Shown here: piece by piece, positions 30,845 to 44,238 of the stretch | How the letters are laid out: each line of letters starts with the position of its first letter | Position numbering within the stretch: position 1 is the first letter of the stretch | NCBI GenBank assembly: GCA_964016885.1 | Contig: OZ024743.1 | Span: forward strand, 122,140,001 to 122,204,000 | Reading direction: 5' to 3' | Length of the DNA: 64,000 nucleotides | From: Eledone cirrhosa | Taxonomy: Eukaryota | Translations under genes and position numbers: made by a program | The notes under the pieces: model-generated | Told to the model about the DNA's origin: nothing | What the model saw: the letters and a program-made list of their open reading frames with translations, nothing else | Databases searched by the model: none

Positions 30845-33504
30845 CAACCCTTATTTCCATATTTCTAATGAAATGTACTGACAATGATTTTGAATTAATT
30901 TAAAAAATAATTTAAAAAATTTGGAGAGATTTAGTAATATAATTAACTTTCTCATTCTGAAGTTGGTGTGTAAAACATAACCTAAAAATAGGTTCTTACA
31001 AAAAATTACAAGTTTAAATTTATACTTGAACACATTAAAACAAATGATTTTTCTTCATAGAACCAGAAGCAGTTTCGGTTGATATCAAACGGATTAGTAT
31101 TTTCAAGATCAATAGGCTTGGCATTTATGTTGCTCCTTATGTGTTAGAAGCAGATGTTATCAACTTAAATAATCGATTCCTAAAGTGTAGCTTGAATTTA
31201 AAGTTAAATTAAAGTCTCTCTTGAAGCATGAGGCTCATCAGCCTGGAGCTTATCCTGGTTTTATTGGCATTAACCAACTGAGAGTACCCACTGGACATCA
31301 GTCCTTCACTAGGTTAATCCTCAGTTGTCGATTGTACTTTCTTTTCAGCTTAGTGGACTAGAGCAACAAGAAATGAAGTGTCTTGTTCAAGGAAATGCAT
31401 TGTTAATCATGGTCTTATGATTTGTGAGCCCAACACCATATATACTAGACTGTGTGCCTTCACCAAACTCAAACTAAATTGTCTTTTATATAAGTTCTTA
31501 GTGCTAAGATAACCATTAATTTTATTTACAGCATGTAAATATTTTACTATTATTCTGACATGTTAACAAAATTTACACTGCAGTCATTTTGATGAACAGA
31601 AATTTTTGATCCATTGTAAATATGTGGAAGATAGTTAATCTCTAACTGTCAACTGAATTATTTGAGCATTTTAACTCTTTCATCATTGAATTTCTAATGA
31701 AAGACAATGCCAATGATTTTGAAAATATTCAAGAATTTGTAATATGCTAAAACGTTCTGATTATTAAATTTTTATTTGGAGTATAACTTTAATAAAGATT
31801 CTTGCATAGAATTATGATGGAAAGTTTTTAGATAAATATAAACAATTTAAAATAAACAGCCATATATCATAGAACTATGGCAGTTTGTTATCAAAGGCAT
31901 AAGGATAAAGTTATTCGATATATTAAGAGTCGATAGTACACTGAACATTTTATAAATTTTGAAAAATCTGTTTTGGGAGTAGTTTTAATCATTTAAGCTC
32001 ACACTGGACTAGTTATTCAAATCTAGGCTGATGAAAATTTTTATGACTGGCATAAATGCAGTTAAATCCATTATGTTTTTAAAATGGTTTATCATTGTTT
32101 TATCAATAGGTCAACCTTGAATGAGCAGACTTAGACCAAAGGCCACAGCAATCCAGTTTTTTGTTTGTTTTCTATATTACACAATTGAATGTCCTTCTAT
32201 TTTTCAGACAGTAGTGTGTTCTTTGAGGGACATTTACCTGTTGTTACAGTATATCAAATAACAATAGTCATTCTTAGTGGCATACATAGCTGAGTATAAA
32301 TTGTCTTCAAATTGAGCTGTACATTTAGTTGTTAGATTGAGACTGTTAACTTCATGCTTATTTTGTTATGAGATAGAAGCAAAATATGAATAGAAATCTA
32401 TGGGAAATAAAGCACACAGGCAATACCTTGCTGATGTAACTGAAAGCCTGGCAGTATCGGTAGAGGGTCGGACGCCATGCTTTCCAGCATAGTTACGTCC
32501 CTTTACGATCTGAGTTCAAATCCTGCCGAGGTTGATTTTGCCTTTCATCCTTACGGGGTCGATAAAATAAAGTACCAGTAATGCTGGCTTTGTGCCTAAA
32601 GTAGAAACAATTATATTTAATATGAAAATAATGTGTAAGTTTGTTGGTATGTAATGTTAACATAAAACATTGGGTGATAATACAGTATTCTTTTCATGTA
32701 ATATAGAGATATCAGTAGGCATCTAGTGCTTACTCTTTAGTATTAATATAAACTATTAGAAGACAACAAAATTATTGACATGTTAATTTATTTTTTCAAA
32801 ACCAAGTTGTTTAGTTACAAGAAAAAAGTATATTAAAGGAAGGGAATTAAATGAAATTAACATCATTATGGAATTAACCTTCCTGAAACTGCCTCTAGTT
32901 CTGTGTTACAAAGTCGTTTGTTTTAAAGTGGTCATATTTAGATTTGAACTGTCCATCATAATTTTGTGTAAGAAAATGCAGAAGTTTATTTTACTAAATC
33001 CTTACAAATTTTTGGTGAATTTCAAAATTATTTGAAGATCACAAGTACAGTATCTTTCATTAGAAATATGTTAACAAAAAGGTTAATAGTATTGCTCTCA
33101 ATTTTACTTAATATTTTCTTTGATTATTTCTTATGTTTTCACTTTTCCTTCATGAATTTCTTTTTCAAATTTTTAAAGAAACATTAAAGTTTGCTTGAAA
33201 AATATATTAATGTTAAAGTGATTTCTATTTTTTTTTTTTACCTCACTGACAATAGGCAAAGACAATTTTTTGGCATTTGAATTTGAAATTGTATGTCATT
33301 TAACCTTTTCAATTATCATATTTCTAATGAAAGACACTGCCTATAATTTTTTAAATAAAGAATTTAGAGAAATTTAGTTATATAACTAACTTTCTCATTC
33401 TTATATAAAATTTTAATGGAAAGGTTTTAGATAAATATGAATACTTAAAAATAAACAGCTTAGTATCATATAATCAGTGGGTTTAGGCAGTTTGATATCA
33501 AGAG
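30845..33504. mobile_element. Cluster of older TTAA-flanked AT-rich MITEs (~30845-31090, 31675-31900, 32878-33082, 33304-33504) with interspersed SINEs
   Basis: Shared ATTTCTAATGAAAGAC...GATGGAAAGGTTTTAGATAAAT...TTTGATATCAA blocks and TTAA flanks. A CORE-like SINE lies at ~31225-31460 (-). Confidence 0.6.
32448..32615 (+). mobile_element. tRNA-derived SINE family 2 (Meta-domain-like)
   Basis: Near-identical to 57515-57712. Confidence 0.85.
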
Positions 33505-36345
33505 TTAATTAGATGTTTTAGAATATTTTAATTTGGCTCTTTACCATCTACACTAACTCTTTTGACCTCAATGTATAATAAGTTTTTTATTTAGGCACAA
33601 TGCCATATTTTGTGGCAACAGTATAGTTGATGAAATCAACTGGTATATATTTTATTGGCCCCAGAAATTTTGGTGTGATTTGAACTAAAAATGTAACTAA
33701 ATAATGAAAAGTATTTGGTTTATTGCTTAAAAAACATTAATTTCTTCCATATTAAAATCTATGCATGCCAAAATGTTCTAATATTTACACCAAGCAAACA
33801 CTGTTATTTAAACTTCATTACATATAGTAATCATTCCCTTTTATACAAAATTTCTGCCATAATATTCCTCTGAAATGCTGATCTACAACTGTACACCATG
33901 TTGAAGGTAAATACTAATCAATAATGGTCATGAGAATAGACTAGTAATACAATTTAAGCAGAAAAGTAATTGCAACTGATTCTCTATAATAAACATAAAA
34001 CCACATTCCACGTGTCTGCTTAATCAGGTTTGAATTGAACCTACACAATATGAAAGGACTCTTACAAAAGAAAGGGGTCAATTTCACAATAGCTCATCAT
34101 TGACCAGACACTTCGTAGTCTTTTCAGCTGAAATGAAATTTACAGCTCACACTTATGTAGGTTTAGCTGCTATCCTATGAAGTTTCATCTCATAGGAGGT
34201 TTCTCGGGTGTTTTATTGATAGGGGCCCCAGTCCTATAATGAAAGGTAACATGAAATAAAGCATGTGGCTCAGGAACACTGAGCCACTTGGTTCAGAAAT
34301 CGAACTTACAACCTTATGAACATGAGTTCAGCACTAACTAGGCCACAAGCTTTTTCAACTCAACATGTATGAAAGAAAACAGTCAATTCTAGTGTTGTTG
34401 ATTTCAGTAGATAAGTGGGCTTTCCTGTGGTACTAAATTATAGCTAGGTTGATTCAAAGTTAGATTGATAACAAAAAAATGAACTGATTTAACCATCTGC
34501 AACTCTCCAGACTTATTGAGGGAATTAAAAAAAGAAGTGTTCCTGCCTTTCTCAAACACATTTATATAATGAATTAGAGAGACTGCTGGAAATTGAAATT
34601 TGGAAGCAAATTCTGTTTTACAATATTTACCCCTTCAATAAAGATAATTGGTGATTTCATAGACTCACAGCCACAGGTTGGAGAAATGCTAGTGTGACAT
34701 TTATGCTTCTATCAAGTAGATTAATAACATAAATGTAAAAACATTGGCTTCAATGGAAAATCAACAAGAACATACCTCTTATTTTATGGTGTTATCCGTC
34801 CTCATTCAACTGTAATAATGTATTTTTTAATAGAATGGAAAGATTTCACAAGTTAAATATAGTTGTAGAATTAGTGATTATTATATATAGTGACATCATT
34901 GCCTTTCCACTGTATTACTTGAATTTCCAGTTCAGAGCTTACTTTTTTAATACAGAACACTTTCAAATATTCTCTTAGTTATTGATTTGTTAAGTTAGTA
35001 GTCAAGGTCAGCTCTTCTCAAGTTGAAGAGTATAACACAGGTAAAATCATACATTTAAAAATAACTCATAGGTACTACAGCTTGGATTTAAAAAGTTACG
35101 GTTTATTGAGTAGGCAGGAGCTGTGTCTATCACCTTCATGGACTCACTAAAACTGGTGAGGTTGTTCAGTTTGATCATCATTTGGTTGATACCTGCAAGG
35201 AAGGTGTTAGTGGGAGGGAAATCCAGGTGGTTTACTTTTTACTATGGAAGGATTGGGAAAACTGGCTCTTGTCTACTGCTTCTCTTAACCAGCACCATCC
35301 ATATACAAGTTTAAATGGAATGCAGTCCATGGGGTCAGTAACATTTGATGACGGCCTGTCCAACTCTTACTAGCAAGGAAAGCTAGTAAGATGTTAAATG
35401 ATGATGATGATTATATATGATTTGCTGTATAGCTCTTCAATTTTGTATATTTTGTTATCTACTGTGTTATGGCTGCAACAATATGTATGCACACATGAAG
35501 TATGTCTGTACTGTTGGTGGTTGCATGCTTCTCTTGAATGATATTTGTTTCTTAATTGTGCAATTTCACGTAATTTGTTTCTTTTCTGAGGAAGACAATT
35601 CATCTCGACCTTCTCCCCCATGCAATATCTTTTTTCACATGCTTGGAATGTTAAACAAATGAGACCAAAATCCCTGCATTTGGGAATGCTGCAGTTCTTT
35701 ACTGTTTAATGCTTGTAATTAATTGCTTGATTGGCTCAAAGTGACTTAAATATCTTCCCAGCTAGTTTACATGCAGCCTAACTTTTAGTTAGTCTCTCAT
35801 TAGTAAGTATTTATACTCCAGCAAGCTTTTAAAAATATGAACTAAATTACTACATTCCTGTCTGGGAGGGCTCTCAAAGGTCATAGGCATTGATTTTGTC
35901 AATCCACTACCTTATATGATAAGACTGCATTTTTGAAGAAGGGCTAGTTGTTTCAGTATATTACAAATTTTTATTTTAATGTCCTTGGAAGGATGAATAG
36001 CTGGTAACTGGATTTGAATCCAGAACATGGATATAATTAAATATTACAAAACAAGTCAGTTTGTATAGAGTTGCTGCTACTCTACTGTTGTTTATAATAA
36101 TGATGATCATAATAATATCAATAATAAGATTTTGCAAGAATACAGCAAAGAGTAAGTTTATACTGTATTTTAATGCTTGTTAAACAGTAATTGTGAACTG
36201 GAAAATTTCAACACCTCAATATAAATACAAGATTGGTGATTTGATTTTCCTGTTAAGCAGAAAGAATTGCTGAATTAATTCTGAAGAACAAAAGTAAGAA
36301 CATTTTTGTAATTTAACCGAAGCATTAGATATTGATGAGAGTTAA

Positions 36346-36618
36346 CCCTTTTGATACGAAACTGCTTGAAAATGTTTATATTTATCTAAAAACCTTCCAT
36401 CATGTATATAAGTAAAAAATACTAGGTTATGTTCCAAACAACAGGCAAATCAAACCATCATTCTTGTATTTATGTTCAAGTAATTTTGAAAATAATTAAG
36501 GATTAACAAAGGTTGTTGCATAAAATTATGATGGAAGGTTTCTAGATAAATCACTTTGAAATTAACAGCTAAGTGTCATATAATCAGGACAGTGTCTAAT
36601 ATTTTGTTATCAAGAGAG
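36346..36618. mobile_element. Older TTAA-flanked MITE ending ~30 nt upstream of PPP4R2 exon 3
   Basis: TTAA|CCCTTTTGATA ... TATCAAGAGAG|TTAA; homologous to the 33304 family. Confidence 0.6.
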
Positions 36619-36652
36619 TTAAATTTTCTTGTACATTCTTTATATAATTCAG

Positions 36653-36823
36653 GTTTCCATGGCCACGGTTAAAGCCGCTGTTTGTTAAAAAGTTGGATTC
36701 AGTAATGCAGCAGTTCAATGAAGAATATCCAGCTGACCATTTACTTATGTCTCCAAATGTGAAAAATGTTAAATTTGAGGAAATGAGAAACCGAATCATT
36801 AATGCTGTTAACAGATTTCATGG
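36653..36823 (+). CDS. PPP4R2: PPP4R2 coding exon 3
   Basis: CAG acceptor; FPWPRLKPLFVKKLDSVM...PNVKNVKFEEMRNRIINAVNRFHG; GTAAGC donor; phases fit. Confidence 0.93.
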
Positions 36824-38350
36824 GTAAGCTTATAAAAATGTATTTTTGACAGTACTTTCCAAAATTGCCACAATTCCTTGTAATTTTATCTTTTTGTCAA
36901 TCATTCTTTTCTTTTCTAGATTCATGAATGGAGCATTAAATTAATTTTCAAAATTAATTTATATCTAGTTTCTAATGTTTTTGTTTTTTGTTTTTTTTTA
37001 TAACAGCATTCTTTTGTCAGGATTGCTATACTGTATTGTCAGTGAAATAATGCATCTTATGTACTTGGACCATCATCTGCTTGGCTATATCACTGGAAGT
37101 TCAGAAAAATATTTACTATCTAGATCACAGGTTCTCAACCCATTTGTCCCTCGAAATCACAAAACGCCCCCTACCCTATTTTTCCATTTTTCAATATACT
37201 ACTGATTTTGATATCAGTCGATTACTAAAAAATTGATTAACAATATTCCAAAGATACCATTGCAGGCAGCTGAGAGTATAAATACGTTCCTTGAAAGGAA
37301 ATATATAAATTTCAAAAAAAGGAACATAAATGTTCTTTTTTATGAAGAAGGACCAGTTGAATTTGTTATATTCCCACCAGATGATACCAGCTATTTTGAA
37401 CATTTATACAAGAGCAACTCTGTCTATCCAAAGAGTGCTCTTATCTGGAAGAAAGTGGCAATTATATCATTTCAAAGCTTTCCAATTTTCCTTTAATGAA
37501 ACGGACAGAATAAATGTTGATATCTAACTTGATGTCCCCTCCGCTTTGTGAGCTTAGAGACCATGGAAGAGGGTTTTCATGACCACGCGGGAGGATATAT
37601 TTAGTAAATGGTAAAATATATACAACAAATGAGTAAGTGAATTGTAGTAGATGGTTTCCAGTCCAGTCAGATTGCAACTACATATAAAAAAATTGTTAGT
37701 TTGCTTTGTAACAATAGCATATCCAAGTTTTCAGATAAATCAACTTACTTTAACTTTGACCTCATTTCAATGGAACACTTGAACTTTATGGAATCTAGCT
37801 AACTCTTTGATGTCAGGCTGGATTTTCGTAAGATGTAGCCAGAGATCTCCACGTGTAATTACATTGTAGCGGTTGCGAGCCTTACTGTGAAGTCTGGAAA
37901 CAGCACCAAACCTCATCTCGACTAAGTATGAGCTTGGAAAAGACAGAGCAAATCTCTTAGCCTCTGCATGTAGGAGTGGAAATTGATGCTGAATTTCCTC
38001 TTGCATCCAAAAAAGGGGTTCACCTATTTTGGGAAATCTAATTTTGATCATGTCATCTGTTTGAAATTCAATGTATTCTTCCTGAAATTTAACGTCCAAA
38101 TCGTCGCCAGTAGCTATGAAGGGATCTGCTATCCACATTGGGATGTCCATCGACAAAAGGTCAACAAACCGTTCTCTCATGTTGTCTTGTAGCGCACAGA
38201 GGTGAGCGGTATAAATTTGGAGTTGGTCATCGCTTACAATGTTTTGAACATTGGCGACACTAGCAAAATTATAGAATATCTGCCAACAAAGATTCCTTTC
38301 GATGACATTCTATTTGGCCAGGAATGTTTTCACAGCACTCCTTGCTTTAA

Positions 38351-39426
38351 CCCTTTAGTGTTCAAACCGGCCGAAATTATTTCCCCTTCATTTGTTCAAA
38401 CCGCCTGAAACCGGCCGATAACACCCACACTAAAATATTGTTGTAAAAATAAACAAACCATCATCAAAATCTCGTCAATTCGATAATTACTGCGAGATTA
38501 GGCCCTTACCACGAAAATTAACACTTAATATAGTGAAACAACTTAAAACGTGTTTTTTTAACATTGAAAGTAGAACAGATTTTTTGTGTATCAACATGGC
38601 TTGTGAAAGTAGCGATACTGACTTTGAAGGTTTTACACATGATGACATTCAGAATGAACAAGAAACAAAAGATAATATTTGTGATTTATCTTCAAATGAA
38701 TCAGATGTTTACATTTCTGAAATTTCATCCGACGATGATTGTTGTTTTGAAAGTGAAAACGGAGATCTCCAGGACGCCATTGAAAATATTACAGCAACGT
38801 GGTTGAAAAATACCACACCAATATATGTTCCCTATTTTATTCAAAATACTGGTTCACAACACATTACCTCCCGATGCTAAAACACTGGATTATTTCTTTT
38901 TGTTTTTGCCACAAACTTTCTTCGAAGTTGTTGCAGAAGAGATTAATCGATATGTCCAACAACAGATTTCAAATTGAGGAAAACCTGATCTGTTTGGCGA
39001 CCGACAGATGCTGCGGAAATGAAAGCATTTTTTACCGTAAATATTATGTTCGGTATAAAACAATTTCTAAGACTGTGGAATTACTGGAGCACTGATATGA
39101 GGTTTAGTGATCCTTATATATCAAGTATTAAGCCGAAAACAACGTATTTAAAATTAAACCAGTATTTGCACCTGGTTGATACTTCAAATGCTCCTATTAA
39201 TTAATTTCACCTGCCCATAAAAGTCAAATTTAACCCAAAAAATCAGGTAAAATTATATAATTGTAAATTATTGATATTTAAACATCTGACAAAATTTCAA
39301 GCCTGCACATAGAAAATTAAGAAAATTTCAAACAAATAAAATTGATAACCCTCTTGAGTTTGATTAACTCAAAATAATGCGAACAGATAATCATGACATT
39401 TGAAAATTAATGCGAATGCTAAAGGG
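38351..39426 (+). mobile_element. Internally deleted piggyBac (PGBD4-like) nested in the hAT transposase
   Basis: TTAA TSD; CCCTTTAGTGTTC / GAATGCTAAAGGG TIRs; acidic N-terminus SDTDFEGF and EMKAFF...MFGI...YWSTD...YLHLVD remnants. Confidence 0.92.
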
Positions 39427-39868
39427 TTAAGCAAGGTGATCTTCTTTCCCTGCAACGCCATAATGACGCTATTGCATTTGTTGAGGGTTTTCTTGTACAG
39501 TTCTGTGTTGTGTCCTCGAAGAAACTCAATGATAGTCGAACAGTTCAAAGAAGTGAGTAAGGCACTTGCTCTTTGAAAGCCACCTCACTTCAGTATGAAG
39601 GAGCAACTTGATGAATTTTTCGTCATTATCTTGGCACAGTTGCTGGAAAATTTGTTCATTGAGGGAATGGCGTTTGATAAAATTGATGACATCAATGGCC
39701 ACCTGCAAGGACTTGCTCAGCGACTTGCTGAGTTTCTTCGCAGCCAAGTGTTGTCAATGAATGACACAATGAACAACAAATACAGATAGATTTTTCTCTC
39801 TTCAGAAGAGTGATAAAACCCTTATGTTGGCCGACTTGCTCTTGCATCGTCCGTAGCACATGATACAA

Positions 39869-40394
39869 TGTGTGTTGTATGTGGTCCTAGATGTATGTAC
39901 TACCTGCTTATGTATTGCATGTGGTCCCAGCTGTATGTATTACCTCCTTATGTGTTGTATGTGGTCCTAGATGTATGTATTACCTGCTTATGTGTTGCAT
40001 GTGGTCCTAGATGTATGTATTACCTGATTGTGTTGTATGTGGTCCTAGATGTTTGTATTACCTGATTATGTGTTGTATGTGGTCCTAGATGTATGTATTA
40101 CCTGCCTGTGTGTTGTATGTGGTCCTAGATGTATGTATTACCTGCCTGTGTGTTGTATGTGGTCCTAGATGTGTGTGCTACCTCCTTATGTTTTGCATGT
40201 GGTCCTAGATGTGTGTATTACCTGTTTATGTGTTGCATGTGGTCCTAGATGTGTGTATTACCTGCTTATGTGTTGCATGTGGTCCTAGATGTTTGTATTA
40301 CCTGCTTATGTGTTGTATGTGGTCCTAGATGTGTGTATTACCTGCTTGTGTGTTGTATGTGGTCCTAGATGTGTGTGCTACCTGCTTATGTGTT
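39869..40394. repeat. 40-bp minisatellite, ~13 copies
   Basis: Unit TGTGTTGTATGTGGTCCTAGATGTATGTATTACCTGCTTA, head-to-tail without spacers. Confidence 0.96.
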
Positions 40395-40984
40395 TTTTCT
40401 TTTCTTTTTTTTTTATTTGTAATATTATTTATACAATAGGGAATTAAATAGATCTACATAGTGTTAACTCGTTATGGTTGAGTCAATAATTTCAGACATG
40501 AAATACATTGTTATAAGTGAAGGAAAGACAAGATTCTAACTGGCTGCACTCTGACTCAGCTGACTGGGTTTTTCCAATTTTAGGATCTCAATTGCCGGTT
40601 AATGTCTAGACACGCCTGCTCACAGCTGCGGTCAGACCATAGTTATGCTGTCTGCATGCTCATTCAAATGCATTCACACTGGCTGTCTCAGAGACATACA
40701 AATATGGCTTATAAAACTTACCAAAGTAAAGAGCCTTCTAACGCCCCCCGGGGGTGCATATGCCCCCTGTTGAGAACCTTTGATTTAGATGAATGGTATT
40801 TGGGCTAGGATAATAGTTAGTTTGGAAGTTAGTTACCTTTATTAATTATATTTCTAAGAGAGGGAAACTGTTATGCTTTATGGAAGTGAACAAATTTAGT
40901 TTATAGTATATCTTTATCTGATCAATTTCTATGTAAAATATTAGTGTATACATCACCCTTTCAATTTCTCCTGTCTAATTTCAG

Positions 40985-41078
40985 TGCCCCTTTTACAATT
41001 CAAAGATTGTGTGAGTTAATAACTGAACCAACTAGACATTATAAAAGGAGTGATAAATTTTTGAGAGGTATTGAGAAG
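40985..41078 (+). CDS. PPP4R2: PPP4R2 coding exon 4
   Basis: [31 protein letters not shown] contains the PPP4R2 signature [10 protein letters not shown]; CAG and GTAAGT sites. Confidence 0.96.
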
Positions 41079-41737
41079 GTAAGTATTTGAATTTCGATAC
41101 ATTTTCTTTCTAATATTCTCTTCTATTTAATATAGAGAAAGGTTATAATTAGTTTGGTTTGTCTTATATTTTCATTTGTTTTCACAATGCTTTCTTATTT
41201 TCATTAGTAATACAAACTAAAGGCTTTTATTTGGAAAATGAATTAGATCTATATCAAGTCTACAAAATTTTTACATTCTGGACTTGCAAATTGTGTTACA
41301 GTTTATAAATGAAGTGGATAGGGTTTTAATATTAGGGATTTAGCATGGAGGGTAGTGGATTGGCAAAGTTGCTAGAGCATTGGATAAAATACCATTGCAA
41401 TATTTGTTCTGGTGCTTTTTATTCTAAGTTCAAATCCTGCCATGCTTTTCATCCTTTTGGTTTTGATAAAATAAGGTACTGGAATCAATTTAATCAACTT
41501 TGCCCTTCCTCCAAATTTGCTGGCCTTGTGCCTAAATTAGAAATCAATATAATTTATTTTCTTTTTTTTATATAGTAAAATTAGCTAATTATCCATAACA
41601 CTTTGAAAGTCGTTTTTATTTTGCAACATCATAGTACATTTTCAAGGCTACATTTTGATAAACAACTGCAGAATAATTCCATCTTCAAATGTTGTATGGA
41701 TTAATTGAAAATGTAATTCTTAATTTATTCATACCTA

Positions 41738-42122
41738 TCATCATCATTTCATTTTACGTCCGCTTTTCCCTGCTTGCAAGGGTGGGACGGGAACTGATTC
41801 TGGCTTGATTTCTACAGCTGGATGCCCTTCCTAACACCAACCTCATTTACAGTGAGTGCTGGGTGCTTTTTTCCGTGGCGCCTACACGTCCACTTTACAG
41901 TGTGGGCTAGGTGCTTTTTTGCCGTGGCACCTCCATGACCACTTTGCAGTGGAATGATAGGGACCCGAGTCCCTATCATCTCAATTCTACAGCTGAGTAA
42001 ACTGGAGCAATGTGAAATAAAGTGTCTTGTTCAAGGAAACAACACATCACTCGGTCTGAGAATTGAACTCACAACTTTTCGATTGCAAGGCCAATGCTCT
42101 AACCACTAAGCCATGTGCTTCC
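41738..42122 (-). mobile_element. tRNA-derived SINE family 1, full length, two internal units
   Basis: Reverse complement of the 26036 family with an extra ~42-bp unit. Confidence 0.88.
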
Positions 42123-42639
42123 ATTGTAGAAATTAACTAATATAAAATGAAAATATGGTAAATAAATTGTAACTTGAAGATAAATATCATCATCACTGTT
42201 TAATGTTTATTGTCTCTGCTTGCATCAGTTAAACAGACTCACATACTAAGGCTAGACTGGTCAGGTGACTGCAACTTGGTTGCGTACTCTGTTGCTCTTC
42301 CTAACGCCAACCACTTTACAGTGTGTACTGGGAGCATTTTATTAATCTGGCACTATTACCATACAGGATGGACTGGGTGCTTTTTGTCATGGCACCAGCA
42401 CTACTACCTTACGTGGTGGACTAGGTAGTTTTTGTAAAGTAAAGTTTTTGTATAGTAAAGAAAATTAAGCTAAAAACATCTGTATGGGCACGACTTGGCT
42501 AGCTTTATAAGCTAACTCTTCTAACCCATACAAACATGAAAGATAGATGTTAAATAGTGGTGATGATGATATTGATAGAATCATAATGATTAGATTTTAT
42601 TTATAATGTAATGATAAGAGCACAATTAGGCTTTTAATA

Positions 42640-42805
42640 CAGGCTTGGGCAACCTTTTTCAAGCAGTGGGCCGCATAGGATGTGGCTCAACATAAGGCGA
42701 GCTTGCACTTCTAAAGAATTCAAGACAATTTGGAAAATAGGCTTGCCATTCAGTAAGCTAAATGGGCTGCATTGCAGCTCACAGGGTACAGTTTGCCTAT
42801 GACTG
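42640..42805. mobile_element. Old hAT/Charlie-type MITE
   Basis: CAGGCTTGGGCAACCT ... AGTTTGCCTATGACTG TIRs; TSD-like TTTTAATA/CCTTAATA. Confidence 0.6.
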
Positions 42806-42977
42806 CCTTAATAGTTGGTTTATCCTCTAACTAATCTTTGCTTAGTGGACAAACAGGATAAATAAACAAAAAGGTCCAGCTCTGTGAGAACTTGATGGGA
42901 TATGTATCCTTAGAATATGATGGAGTATGTGGATGCTGAAAGTTTTCTTTGGCTTCTAATTTCCAGCTTTCAGAAGA

Positions 42978-43228
42978 CATCATCATCATTCATCATCATT
43001 TTACGTCCACTTTTCCCTGCTTGCAAGGGTGGGACCGGAACTGAGTCTGGCTTGAGTTCTACAGCTGGATGCCCTTCCTAACACCAACCTCATTTACAGT
43101 GAGTGCTGGGTGCTTTTTTTGCAGTGGAATGATATGAACCCCAGTCCCTATCATCTCATTTCTACAGCTGAGTAAACTGGAGCAATGTGAAATAAAGTGC
43201 CTTGCTCAAGGAAACAACACATCACCCA
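42978..43228 (-). mobile_element. SINE family 1, 5'-truncated
   Basis: Body and tail match 41738; the tRNA head is absent. Confidence 0.83.
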
Positions 43229-43454
43229 TATAAAGATATTTTCTTGAAAAGAAAAATCAATTATGATGTACAAGCCAACTGTTTCTCGATAGAAAACTGA
43301 ACAGTATTTTAGGTAGTGCAGACACATATCAGATAGAAAGCTTTGAAAATGTTAGGTGTCAACAAAATTACAGTTATGATGCTTTGCACATTCAAAAGTC
43401 ATCTACTTCATTGATAATCTTTATCCTGCAGAAAATCTAACATTGACTTATATT

Positions 43455-43850
43455 TCATCTGAGACACTACATGCAATGACACCTTTTCCAGTGGCAGCCT
43501 GGTTCATTCAGTAACTAATCCAGGCTTTGCTGCTCGTGAAAACTGAAAATCATAAGCTGTCTAAATATTGGTCACTATCTGATAGGTTTGTCATTGAAAC
43601 TGCAGCAGTGAAGACTTCTTGCGTTCTTGGCCCCAGACCACCTCCCTACTCATTGCTATCGGCGTGGAGTTGGCCACCTACAGGAGCAAGCTCTGCAAGG
43701 GGAAATGGCTATCCAACATGTCTCCCTCTTCATTCTCTGGGGCAACATTTTCTCCATTCTATCCACGGACCATGAGGTGGTCTGCGCATGTGCTCCTGCC
43801 CACTAGAGAACGCTTCCCCACACCGTCCAGGCTTGCATCATTGGGATAAT
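43455..43850 (+). mobile_element. CRE-like (restriction-like endonuclease) non-LTR retrotransposon 3' remnant
   Basis: *DTTCNDTFS...ENHKLSKYWSL...AVKTSCVLGP...IG..L...WL matches the WDxTCxDT...KxxKY...AVETxGxxGP pattern of RLE C-termini. Confidence 0.6.
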
Positions 43851-44004
43851 GATATTATGATGGTACTAAATTTTTTTTTCTTTCTCATATTTTCTCTCAT
43901 TCTGTGTTCTTCAAAATTTAACTACTGTGTTCTTGCCTTTACAATCTTTACATTTATCAACCTGGAGACTACAAAAAATATAAAACAAAATTCTCTCTTT
44001 TCAG

Positions 44005-44042
44005 AATATTATGGTTGTTAGCACTGTGGATCCATACGGCAG
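44005..44042 (+). CDS. PPP4R2: PPP4R2 coding exon 5
   Basis: NIMVVSTVDPYG; CAG acceptor, GTTAGT donor; continues the KN.MVVS motif. Confidence 0.92.
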
Positions 44043-44238
44043 GTTAGTACATGATTCTGATGAAATTATTTGATAGAAATCTAGTCTTATATATTTTAAT
44101 ATATTTAGTACTTCCAGTAAAAATAAACCATTTAAAGATAGTAACTGAAAAAAAATATTTGCCTTTTTTTGGCTATTAAAATTTTGCCAATTTTTATTGT
44201 TCTATTAAAGAATTGCTTTTTTTTTTTTATTTTTTTAG

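Larger units (their letters stand above)
37126..40782 (-). mobile_element. Defective hAT (Buster/Charlie) DNA transposon in PPP4R2 intron 3
   Basis: TIRs CACAGGTTCTCAAC / GTTGAGAACCTTTG; 8-bp TSD ATCTAGAT/ATTTAGAT. Transposase remnants IVSCATD, HCVIH, LLLHTEVRWLS (39526-39865) and dimerisation region FPSSYLVE...RGDL (37767-38180). Confidence 0.92.

Noticed and set aside
39869-40394. CRISPR-like regular repeat
   Set aside because: Head-to-tail units with no unique spacers, no cas genes, eukaryotic intron.
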